Shown: positions 9,558-17,293 of the stretch, piece by piece
Layout: every line of letters starts with the position of its first letter
Position numbering within the stretch: the first letter of the stretch is position 1
NCBI GenBank assembly: GCA_027017505.1
Contig: JALUQR010000067.1
Coordinates: forward strand, 1 to 34,572
Direction of reading: 5' to 3'
DNA length: 34,572 nt
Origin: a bacterium
Lineage (GTDB): Bacteria; Desulfobacterota; GWC2-55-46; DRQE01
The notes under the pieces: model-generated
Seen by the model: the letters and a program-made list of their open reading frames with translations, nothing else
The model's database searches: none
What the model was told of the DNA's origin: nothing
Made by a program: the position numbers and the translations under genes

Positions 9558-10059
9558 ATGTGCCTGCCTTAATCCCTGCTATGTAGTCACAGAATTCCCT
9601 TACCGCACCGTATCCTCCCCTTGCATCTGTTATGTATGCGGATACCTTCCGCACACTCGGGTGCGCATCGTTCACGCAGGCTGGAAGCCCCACTATCTTG
9701 AGGCACTCAAGGTCGTTTATGTCGTTTCCCATGTATGCAACGCGTTCAAGCGGTATACCCAGCCTTTCTGCCTCCTTTATGAGTACATCTTTTTTGTTAT
9801 CACACCCCTGTATACAGCGAAGCCCGAGCTTTCTGCACCTTGCACTCACCACAGGGTTGACCTCTTTCGATATGACCAGCAGTTCCACCCCGTGTGCCCT
9901 TACCGCATCAAGCCCGAAGCCATCTGCCCTGGAGCAGAATACCCCCTCTCTGCCATCCTCCAGAACGAGCACCCTGTTATCTGTAAACACACCATCGAAG
10001 TCAAACACTATGAGCTCTATGGTGTGTGCTATCCTGTTGAGTTCTCTCGTATCGTTCAT
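9544..10059 (-). CDS. HAD-IIIA phosphatase of the KdsC family (ulosonate-phosphate phosphatase)
   Basis: 171 aa. LIVFDFDGVFTDN (DxDGV nucleophile motif), ISKE..N, YMGNDINDL. Size and motifs match KdsC / KDN-9-P phosphatase-type enzymes. Confidence 0.85.
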   Translation of the reverse strand: MNDTRELNRIAHTIELIVFDFDGVFTDNRVLVLEDGREGVFCSRADGFGLDAVRAHGVELLVISKEVNPVVSARCRKLGLRCIQGCDNKKDVLIKEAERLGIPLERVAYMGNDINDLECLKIVGLPACVNDAHPSVRKVSAYITDARGGYGAVREFCDYIAGIKAGTYEGN

Positions 10060-10061
10060 CC

Positions 10062-11108
10062 CTACTCCAGAAGATTTGGCGAGATAGGGGCCTCCTCATC
10101 AAGGCTAACCCGGAGCCTCTTTCCAACTATCCTGTCCATCATGTAAGGTGGTGTGCCGTTTGCAGGGGTCTTGAGTGTAATGTCCTCCCAGGTTATCACC
10201 TTACCCTTTGGAAGCGGTCTTGTGGTGTATATGCCCTTGCCCATCTTCTTTCTTGCTTCCATCTCGAAGTCGTATATAATGCGCCTTCCATCGCCAAGGG
10301 CCATGTCCACGCGTCTTAGGTCTCTGACCTGTTTTCTCAGCCCTTCGGGCTCAAGGGAGAACTTGTGGTCTGTGCCCTTCCATGACCTGTTAAGTGTGAA
10401 GTGTTTTTCCACCACTGTCGCACCCAGCATGTAGGCTATCACCGCAGCGAGAATCCCGTTATCATGGCCTGAATAGCCTATTATTGCCTCAGGGAACTCC
10501 CTTTTGAGGGTCTCTATCACCCTGAGGTTGAGGTTGTGATACTCTGTGGGATAGCCTGCAACACAGTGCATGAGGCATATCTTATCGTTGTGTTTTATAA
10601 CCGCCTCGTAGGCTATCCTTATCTCGTCCAGTGTTGCTGCACCTGTGGATATGAACATGGGTTTACGGAGCCTTGCGATGTAGGTAAGAAGCGGTATGTT
10701 GGTAAGGTCTCCAGACGCTGTCTTGTAGCATGTAACCCCGAGTTCTTCAAGGAAGTCCACGCTTTTGTGGTCAAATGCGGTTGCCATAAATTCCACCTGA
10801 TTCTCCTCTGCACACCGTTTGAGCTCTCTGTACTCATCCATGCCGAACTCAAGGAACTCCCTGTGCTCACCGTAGGTTGCCCCATAGCTGTTCTCGTTAT
10901 CATAGGGCTTGTTGTAAAACTCCCTGGTGTAGAGGGTCTTGTTGTCCCTTTTCTGGAACTTCACCGCCTGCACACCACAGCTTGCTGCAACCTGTATCAT
11001 CCTGAGTGCTGTCTCCAGGTTACCCTGATGATTGTGCCCTATCTCTGCAATAACATAGCATGGCCCCTTTGTGGATATTCTGCTTCTGCCAAAGGAAATG
11101 GTCTTCAT
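10062..11108 (-). CDS. neuB: NeuB-family ulosonic acid (sialic-acid-type) synthase
   Basis: CYVIAEIGHNHQG, KFQK, the TIM-barrel part, and a C-terminal SAF-like domain (GKGIYTTRPLPKGKVITWEDITLKTP). Start placed at ATG 11108, with an AAGGA RBS 8 nt upstream. The track start at 11117 lies within that RBS. Confidence 0.85.
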   Translation of the reverse strand: MKTISFGRSRISTKGPCYVIAEIGHNHQGNLETALRMIQVAASCGVQAVKFQKRDNKTLYTREFYNKPYDNENSYGATYGEHREFLEFGMDEYRELKRCAEENQVEFMATAFDHKSVDFLEELGVTCYKTASGDLTNIPLLTYIARLRKPMFISTGAATLDEIRIAYEAVIKHNDKICLMHCVAGYPTEYHNLNLRVIETLKREFPEAIIGYSGHDNGILAAVIAYMLGATVVEKHFTLNRSWKGTDHKFSLEPEGLRKQVRDLRRVDMALGDGRRIIYDFEMEARKKMGKGIYTTRPLPKGKVITWEDITLKTPANGTPPYMMDRIVGKRLRVSLDEEAPISPNLLE

Positions 11109-11194
11109 GGCACACATCCTTGTTAAGTTTTTTCCTCAGGCTGAAGACCCGCAGGAGAAATCCCTAATGTATAACCCCACCAACCTCACACACC

Positions 11195-11428
11195 GCTGAG
11201 GATTCACGGAAGCGTTCGCAGGGTGCAGGACCCTGCCAGAGTGCCATGCCCTGAAGACACAGTTGCGGATTCCTGGAAGGAAACTACAGACAGGGGATAA
11301 CCCTGTCAGCACCATTTAAAAACCAGGTTGCAGATTCATGGAAGGCAATCACCGCAGGGTACATACCCTGCCCCAAGAATACCTCAAAAACAGGTTGAAA
11401 GATTCAGGGGTTGCAGATTCATGGAAGG
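11195..11428. repeat. Degenerate tandem repeat, period about 65-67 nt, 3.5-4 units; each full unit is a 19-nt box plus a 7-bp GC hairpin
   Basis: Boxes: gctgaggattcacggaagc (11195), gttgcggattcctggaagg (11262), gttgcagattcatggaagg (11327), truncated gttgaaagattcagggg (11394), gttgcagattcatggaagg (11410). Hairpins: gcagggt-gcagg-accctgc (11218-11236), gacaggg-gataa-ccctgtc (11289-11307), gcagggt-acat-accctgc (11354-11371). Confidence 0.85.
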
Positions 11429-11485
11429 AATTCCAGCTGGATGTAAATCATTATATACCATCTTTACATGGATTGCAACAATAAT

Positions 11486-13204
11486 TTACATTTGTGGGGT
11501 GATTTTTTCTTCTTCAAGAAGCTCTGCGGGATATATAAACTCCTCTCCATAAAGTATTCCACCGCAGACCACATCAAGCCCCCTTGATACACCTGGCAGA
11601 AGCTCCCTTATGCTCTCAAGCCCTATCCTGAACGGCGGGTTACTGCCCGTGGGTGTCATGAACTCAAGGGGTATCATCCTGCGAAAGAAGAAGTGATAGG
11701 CGTATTTTTTTGCAAGAAGGGTCTTGTCCTCTGGCATTCTTTTTCTCAGTGGAAGGGTATCGAGCAGTTCGTAGTACTGTTTCGGGTCTGTAACATCCAT
11801 GGCAAACCCCTTGTTTCTTATCCATGCCTCACCTGCAACTATAACTGGCACACCCATGGCAGAAAGCTCTATGCCTGTTTTGGTGTTGTATATGATTACG
11901 GTGTCACATGCCCGGGCTATTGCGTAGGTGCTTGCACGGCTTTCAGGTGGTATGACCCTTATGTTTTCAGGCAGTCTGGGATAAAGCCTTGCTATCTCCT
12001 GGTTCATGCGCTGTCTTGACGGAAGGGTGCCCCTTATCTCTGCGGGATGTATTCTTATTACGAGCTGAAGCTCGGGCCTTTTTTTAAAGTACTCGATGGT
12101 TGCAATCATCCACTCAAGCATGGAAGAGAAGGCGTTTGACGGGTAATGGAGTTTTGCATCCCACATAACACTGGTGAGTGCCCCTATCATGGGTTTTGAA
12201 AGGTCTATGCCTGTTCTGTAAGCTATGCTTTTAAGGTCAAACTCTGGTCTTTCGTGAAACCATATCCAGTCCTGGCTTCCCTGCCACCTGCTCTTAAGGT
12301 AGTCTGCAAGCTTTTTATCAAGGGTTCTGTTCCAGCCTATATACCGCCAGTTTTCCACGGGTTCTGTGAGCATGGTATGGTGGTAGGTATCGTGGTGGCT
12401 GAAGATGAAGGTGTTTTTCCTGTAGCCAGGGTTCCAGTTTACAACCCTAACACCCTCTTTTCTGCAGACCTCACCTATTATGCCCTGTGGCACATATATA
12501 CCGTGGTGGAAGACCGCACAGAGGTAGTCTCTCCTTTCAAGCAGTCTTTCCATAACCCGTGCGGTAAGTATTGAGGCCTTAAGGTAGCGTCTTAGAATCT
12601 CCTCTCTGCAGGGTTCTCTGCCGAGGTCTCCACGGGCATAGAACCTCAGGGTGCCCGCAAGGGCATGTTCTCCTGCCCTGATACCATCTATGGTGAAGTG
12701 CTCCACATCCTCTACGGGTATGGAAGAGGATATACGGTCTGCAGAGTCCAGGTCCTCTTCTGTGAGAAACTCGCTGTATCGGTGGACCCCTATGCCCAGG
12801 CTCCTGAACATTCGGTAGGATGGGCTGAAACAATCGGGGCAGAGGTCTCTGTGTGGGCCATAACGGGCAAACCTTTTCTGGTCTCTGAACCATCCTATCC
12901 AGCAGTCAAAACAGGCAGGAAGCACACCATCGCACAGAAGCACCTCTGTTTTCACCCCCCTCAGGGTGAGGGCAACTGCAAGAAGGCTTTCAAGTGTTGT
13001 TCCCGTAACATAGGCACCTATGGTTGTGGGCAGAAGCACCCTCTCGGTGTTTTCTACCCTTCTAAGAGAGTCCTCCCAGAGTTTTCTATCTTTTCTCAGA
13101 AGTTCATCCCAGCGGGGCTGGCGTGTGTGGATGCGGTACTTTCTTGTGAGGACCCTCAGGATACGGCTCTTTTTTGCAAGCTCTTTTATCCTCTCAACGG
13201 GCAC
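11486..13204 (-). CDS. Capsule-polysaccharide-biosynthesis-like protein (KpsC/KpsS-like), putative ulosonic acid transferase
   Basis: The track ORF begins at TTG 13234. GTG 13204 has an AAGGAG RBS 7 nt upstream and overlaps the neuA-like stop by 11 nt. There is no in-frame ATG until about aa 140. C-terminal half (LVIRIHPAEIRG ... CDTVIIYNTKTGIELSAMGVPVIVAGEAW) resembles Capsule_synth-type GT-B enzymes with an HP motif. The function is inferred. Confidence 0.7.
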   Translation of the reverse strand: MPVERIKELAKKSRILRVLTRKYRIHTRQPRWDELLRKDRKLWEDSLRRVENTERVLLPTTIGAYVTGTTLESLLAVALTLRGVKTEVLLCDGVLPACFDCWIGWFRDQKRFARYGPHRDLCPDCFSPSYRMFRSLGIGVHRYSEFLTEEDLDSADRISSSIPVEDVEHFTIDGIRAGEHALAGTLRFYARGDLGREPCREEILRRYLKASILTARVMERLLERRDYLCAVFHHGIYVPQGIIGEVCRKEGVRVVNWNPGYRKNTFIFSHHDTYHHTMLTEPVENWRYIGWNRTLDKKLADYLKSRWQGSQDWIWFHERPEFDLKSIAYRTGIDLSKPMIGALTSVMWDAKLHYPSNAFSSMLEWMIATIEYFKKRPELQLVIRIHPAEIRGTLPSRQRMNQEIARLYPRLPENIRVIPPESRASTYAIARACDTVIIYNTKTGIELSAMGVPVIVAGEAWIRNKGFAMDVTDPKQYYELLDTLPLRKRMPEDKTLLAKKYAYHFFFRRMIPLEFMTPTGSNPPFRIGLESIRELLPGVSRGLDVVCGGILYGEEFIYPAELLEEEKITPQM

Positions 13205-13910
13205 CTTCGAGCTCCTTGAGGATGAGCTCCGCAAGGTGGAAGTCCAGAGGGGTGTTTATATCTATGGATTCAATCTCGTCCATGACAAAGGGTATTATAA
13301 CATCCCCTGTGGGTGAGCCCTTCTCCCTCAGGGTGGAGGGTTTTGTTATGTATATGCTTGCGTTCTGTATGTAAACCTCTGGCAGAAGGTGATATGCAAG
13401 GGTGTGTATGTTTGCATCCATACCCTTAACAAAGGGCTTCAGATAGCCCTCCTCTATTACCCACATCTTGTAGGGATGTTCTGAACAGCGTCTGACAGAC
13501 CTCAGTGAGTCTGCCTCGGGATGAGAGAGCATGGTCTCTATGGCACGGTCTATGGATTCAGCCCTCCTCAGTGGAGAGGTTGGATAGAGTAGCACTATGA
13601 GGTCGGGCTCGTAGTCCTCGTTTTCCTCAAGCCAGCTCAGGGCATGCTCGAAAAACTCCATCTCGGTTGAACCACTGCGTGAAATACTCTCGGGCCTGAG
13701 AAATGGCACCTCTGCCCCGTACATTCTGGCGACCTCTGCTATCTGCGGGGAATCCGTTGACACTATAACCCTGTTTATAAGGCGTGATGCCCTTGCAGAC
13801 TCTATGGTGTAGGCTATAAGCGGTTTTCCGCACAGGGGCTGGATGTTCTTCTTTGGCACCCTCTTTGAGCCCCCGCGGGCTGGTATAAAGCCAAGTATCT
13901 TTCTGTCCAT
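13194..13910 (-). CDS. neuA: Acylneuraminate cytidylyltransferase family (CMP-ulosonic acid synthetase)
   Basis: ILGFIPARGGSKRVPKKNI and LYPTSPLR motifs. Start placed at ATG 13910, with an AAGGTGA RBS, 4 nt after the wzx stop. The track start at 13931 overlaps wzx. Confidence 0.85.
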   Translation of the reverse strand: MDRKILGFIPARGGSKRVPKKNIQPLCGKPLIAYTIESARASRLINRVIVSTDSPQIAEVARMYGAEVPFLRPESISRSGSTEMEFFEHALSWLEENEDYEPDLIVLLYPTSPLRRAESIDRAIETMLSHPEADSLRSVRRCSEHPYKMWVIEEGYLKPFVKGMDANIHTLAYHLLPEVYIQNASIYITKPSTLREKGSPTGDVIIPFVMDEIESIDINTPLDFHLAELILKELEGAR

Positions 13911-13914
13911 GGCA

Positions 13915-15336
13915 TCACCTTGTTGCCTCAAGCCTCTGTCTGAGCCTTTTTATTACCTCTGTTACAAACTCCCTGTCGAGCAGTGTCATATTAAGTATAT
14001 ATATTATTATGCTTCCCGCAACAAGTAAGAAGAGATTTTCAAGGGGTGTGAACGGTCTTTCAAGGATAATCCACAGTGCGGGCACCACCGTAATGCATCC
14101 TGCAACCACCGATGGGTAAAGGGCGTTTGCCACACCCAGTGGCCTGAGGCCTATAAGCCTTTTCAGTATAACGAGGTTTACAGGCACTCCTGTAAGATAT
14201 GCCAGTGTTATGCCCCATGTGGCACCTTCAAGCCCGTAAAGCCTTGCTCCATACCAGATGAATACCATAACAACCAGTGTTATGTAGACAGACCACCTTA
14301 CAAGCCACTGTGGTCTGCCAAGGGCCTTCATAACCTGCCCCACAGGCGATATGATGGACTGCACGAAGGCAAGCAGGGCAAGGGTCTGCATAATGGGCAC
14401 CGCATCCATCCACCTCTCACCCCACACATGTGAAACGAAGAATGGAGAGCCCACCACAAAGAGAATGAGCACGGGAAAGACCACCGTGTTTATTATCTTC
14501 AGTATAAACCCGTAGGACTCCCCTATCACCTTCACATTGTTCTGAAGTTTTGAGTACTTTGGAAAAAGATAATTCCCTATGGCCCCAACAAAGAGGCTTA
14601 CAGGAAGTACCACCACCCTGAAGGCAAAGGTATACAGCCCCAGGGCAATGGAGCCAAGAAGATAGCCCACAAGAAGCTTATCAGCATTCTGTGCGAAGTA
14701 CTTTATCACATTGAATGCAAATATACTCGAGGTGTATGGCCATAGCTCTCTCAGTGCATCTAGGGATGCATCCCTTAGAGACACCCTTACATCCACCATA
14801 AGCCACACAAGCACGGTGGATACAAGCCCTCCAACAAGGCTCTGTACCACAAGGCTCCACACCCCGTATCCTGCATAGGCCATGGCTATACCTGCAATAC
14901 CTGATGTAACGGATGCGACCACATCCCTTACGGCAAGGGCTCTGAAGCGCATCTTCCTTAAGGCAATGGCTGTGTGGGTGTTTGAAAATGCGTTTATGAA
15001 AAACCCGAGCGATAGAACAGCTATAATGGGCTCAAGCTCGGGGATGTTGAAAAACCATGCCCCTGGCAGAGACATGGCAGCACCCGCAACTGTGAGCACA
15101 ACGCCGAGAAGGATGTTCAGAACGAACACCGAGCTTATGTGAGATTGTCTGAGTTTGTGCCTCTGTATGAGTGCAGAGCCAAAACCAACCTCTGAGAACA
15201 CCTGTATGAACGAGGTAACAACCAGTGCCATGCCGAGAAGGCCGAAGTCTGCTGGCTCAAGCAGTGTGGCGAGCACAAGGAAGACAAACAGCCCCACACC
15301 CTGTCTGCCTGCCATCTGTACAAGGGACCAGAGCAT
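13915..15336 (-). CDS. wzx: Wzx-type oligosaccharide flippase (MOP superfamily polysaccharide biosynthesis protein)
   Basis: 473 aa with about 12-14 hydrophobic helices. N-terminus (GRQGVGLFVFLVLATLLEPADFGLLGMALVV) is typical of the PST/Wzx family. Confidence 0.8.
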   Translation of the reverse strand: MLWSLVQMAGRQGVGLFVFLVLATLLEPADFGLLGMALVVTSFIQVFSEVGFGSALIQRHKLRQSHISSVFVLNILLGVVLTVAGAAMSLPGAWFFNIPELEPIIAVLSLGFFINAFSNTHTAIALRKMRFRALAVRDVVASVTSGIAGIAMAYAGYGVWSLVVQSLVGGLVSTVLVWLMVDVRVSLRDASLDALRELWPYTSSIFAFNVIKYFAQNADKLLVGYLLGSIALGLYTFAFRVVVLPVSLFVGAIGNYLFPKYSKLQNNVKVIGESYGFILKIINTVVFPVLILFVVGSPFFVSHVWGERWMDAVPIMQTLALLAFVQSIISPVGQVMKALGRPQWLVRWSVYITLVVMVFIWYGARLYGLEGATWGITLAYLTGVPVNLVILKRLIGLRPLGVANALYPSVVAGCITVVPALWIILERPFTPLENLFLLVAGSIIIYILNMTLLDREFVTEVIKRLRQRLEATR

Positions 15337-15341
15337 ACCCC

Positions 15342-16550
15342 TTACCGCTCCTCCACGATTTTACTGAACAGTGCCTCAATCCTTGAGCCTGTTCTGTGTT
15401 CGTCAAAATAGGTCTCTGCCCTTTTTCTTCCCTCTCTGCCCATACTTTCTCTGAGGGGCCTGTTTTTCAGAAGCTTAACAAGTGCGTCTGCAAGCAGGGC
15501 GGGGCTCTGTGGCGGTACCAGTATGCCTGTGAGCCCGTCCTCCACTATCTCTGGTATGCCACCCACACCACTTGCAACCACAGCCTTTCCTGACGCCATG
15601 GCCTCTATGGACGCAAGGCTTCCACAGGCCCTTTCTCCAGTGGTGGGGGCAACAACAACTGTTGCACTGGCATAATAGAGGGGTAACTCCTCCAGACTCA
15701 CCCCGCACCTTACAAACACCCTGCCCCTGTATCTTGCCTCAAGCCTCAAAAGCCTTTTAAGACATTCCCCCCTCTCACCAACTATTATGAACCTTGCATC
15801 CTCTGTTCTTCCCAGCACACCTGGAACTGCCTCTGCAAGCACATCCACCCCCATCTCCCTTACAAGTCTGCCCACAAAGAGCACAACCCCTGCGTCCTCT
15901 CCTATACCGAGTCTTCTTCTTATGATGGAACCGTCCCTTGCAGGGTTGAAACACTCAAGGTCAACCCCGTAGGGTATAACCTCCACATCAGGAGAAAGCC
16001 CTATACGCCTGTAACTCTCGGCACAGTGCCTGCTCATGGCAAGCAACTTAACAGCGGTGCCACATATGCGGATTACAAGCCCCATGTTTCTGGCAAAATA
16101 ACCCTCTCTGTCAAATATCTCACCAAAATTGGTCACCACGAGGGGCACCCCACAGGTGTTACTCAATATCGCACCAACAGGGGCATAGGTGTAAAGATTA
16201 TAGGCACTTATGATGTTGATTCCATGCTCCTTTATAAGTCTTGCCCCTATGGCAACATATGCCATTGTTGCAAGGCTTTCCTTTGGGTTTTCCTTTTTGA
16301 GCATCTCAAGGGTGGTTTTTTTTCTCCAGTCAGGGTGTGAGAGGAACTCAAAGGTTGCCTTGAGTTTCTCCCATCTTGTGGGTTTATATACGGTAAAGCC
16401 GTTTTTTTCTTCTCTGCCTGTGTTACCGCCAGAGAGTATGTGCACACTCCAGCCCCTCTTTACAAGGAACGGGGCAAGGCCTTCTATGTGTCTTGGCACA
16501 CCCCCGAATGGCGGAGGATAGTTGCCTATTATGAGTATGCTCTTCTGCAT
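15342..16550 (-). CDS. Glycosyltransferase family 4 (GT-B, retaining)
   Basis: 402 aa. ILIIGNYPPPFGGV N-terminus and a C-terminal EX7E-type region, GGIPEIVEDGLTGILVPP. Confidence 0.85.
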   Translation of the reverse strand: MQKSILIIGNYPPPFGGVPRHIEGLAPFLVKRGWSVHILSGGNTGREEKNGFTVYKPTRWEKLKATFEFLSHPDWRKKTTLEMLKKENPKESLATMAYVAIGARLIKEHGINIISAYNLYTYAPVGAILSNTCGVPLVVTNFGEIFDREGYFARNMGLVIRICGTAVKLLAMSRHCAESYRRIGLSPDVEVIPYGVDLECFNPARDGSIIRRRLGIGEDAGVVLFVGRLVREMGVDVLAEAVPGVLGRTEDARFIIVGERGECLKRLLRLEARYRGRVFVRCGVSLEELPLYYASATVVVAPTTGERACGSLASIEAMASGKAVVASGVGGIPEIVEDGLTGILVPPQSPALLADALVKLLKNRPLRESMGREGRKRAETYFDEHRTGSRIEALFSKIVEER

Positions 16551-16564
16551 GTATGAATAATTTT

Positions 16565-17287
16565 TTATTTATCTGCGACGGTGAGGATGTTCTGGGTGAC
16601 TATGGTTTTTTCAGCTCCAATCTCTGTAAATAGCAGTGCCCTGTAGAAGAGTTCTGTGAAGCGCCAGAGGAGTGCCCTCATGGTGGTTTTTAATCCTGTT
16701 CCAGCAGGTCTTACAGGGTATACCCTTATGTTTCTGAACCCCACAGAGCTCAGCACCTGGGTTATGCTTCTGCGTGTAAAGGCAAGCTGGTGGGTGAAGT
16801 CTCCGTAGCGTATGCGCCCGAAAAATGGAGACTCACCGTTTGGCACCTGGATGATGATTCTTCCATCCTTTTTGAGTGCCCTGTGGCAGAGCCTGAGTAC
16901 ACAGATGAGCTCCTCCTTTTCCATGTGTTCCAGCACATCCCTGGCTATTATGATGTGGAATCTGTCTTTAACATCCTGCAGGAACTCGCTGAGTTCTGCC
17001 CTCTCTATGTTTTCCACCCCCAGGGCCTTTCCAGCCCTTATCTGCTCCTCGCTGACATCCACACCCATTGCCCTGTGGTAGCCCTCGCTGTGGAGCCACC
17101 ACACGACACTGCCCGTGCCACAGCCCACATCAAGCACATCTATGTCTTTTCTCTGCGGAATAAACCTTGCAAGCTGTGCCCTGTAGACTGCACAGCGCTG
17201 TTCAAACTCCTCAATGCTGGGTTTTCCATCGTGGTGTGATGTGTGGGTGGATATGTAGCGGTTGTAGAGTTCTTTTCTGTAATCCAT
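16565..17287 (-). CDS. Class I SAM-dependent methyltransferase
   Basis: 240 aa. Motif I VLDVGCGTGS, IIIARDVLEHM, LKKDGRIIIQVPN. Confidence 0.85.
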   Translation of the reverse strand: MDYRKELYNRYISTHTSHHDGKPSIEEFEQRCAVYRAQLARFIPQRKDIDVLDVGCGTGSVVWWLHSEGYHRAMGVDVSEEQIRAGKALGVENIERAELSEFLQDVKDRFHIIIARDVLEHMEKEELICVLRLCHRALKKDGRIIIQVPNGESPFFGRIRYGDFTHQLAFTRRSITQVLSSVGFRNIRVYPVRPAGTGLKTTMRALLWRFTELFYRALLFTEIGAEKTIVTQNILTVADK

Positions 17288-17293
17288 CCTCTG

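Noticed and set aside
11195-11428. Interpreting the 11.2-11.4 kb repeat as a small CRISPR array.
   Set aside because: The conserved box is only about 19 nt. The 'spacers' are themselves homologous to each other (same hairpin, same A-rich linker). One unit is only 16 nt from the next. No cas genes are in the window.
11328-11552. 74-aa plus-strand ORF inside the repeat region.
   Set aside because: It reads through the tandem repeat units, so its sequence is an artefact of the repeat. It has no RBS and runs into the 3' end of the opposite-strand gene.
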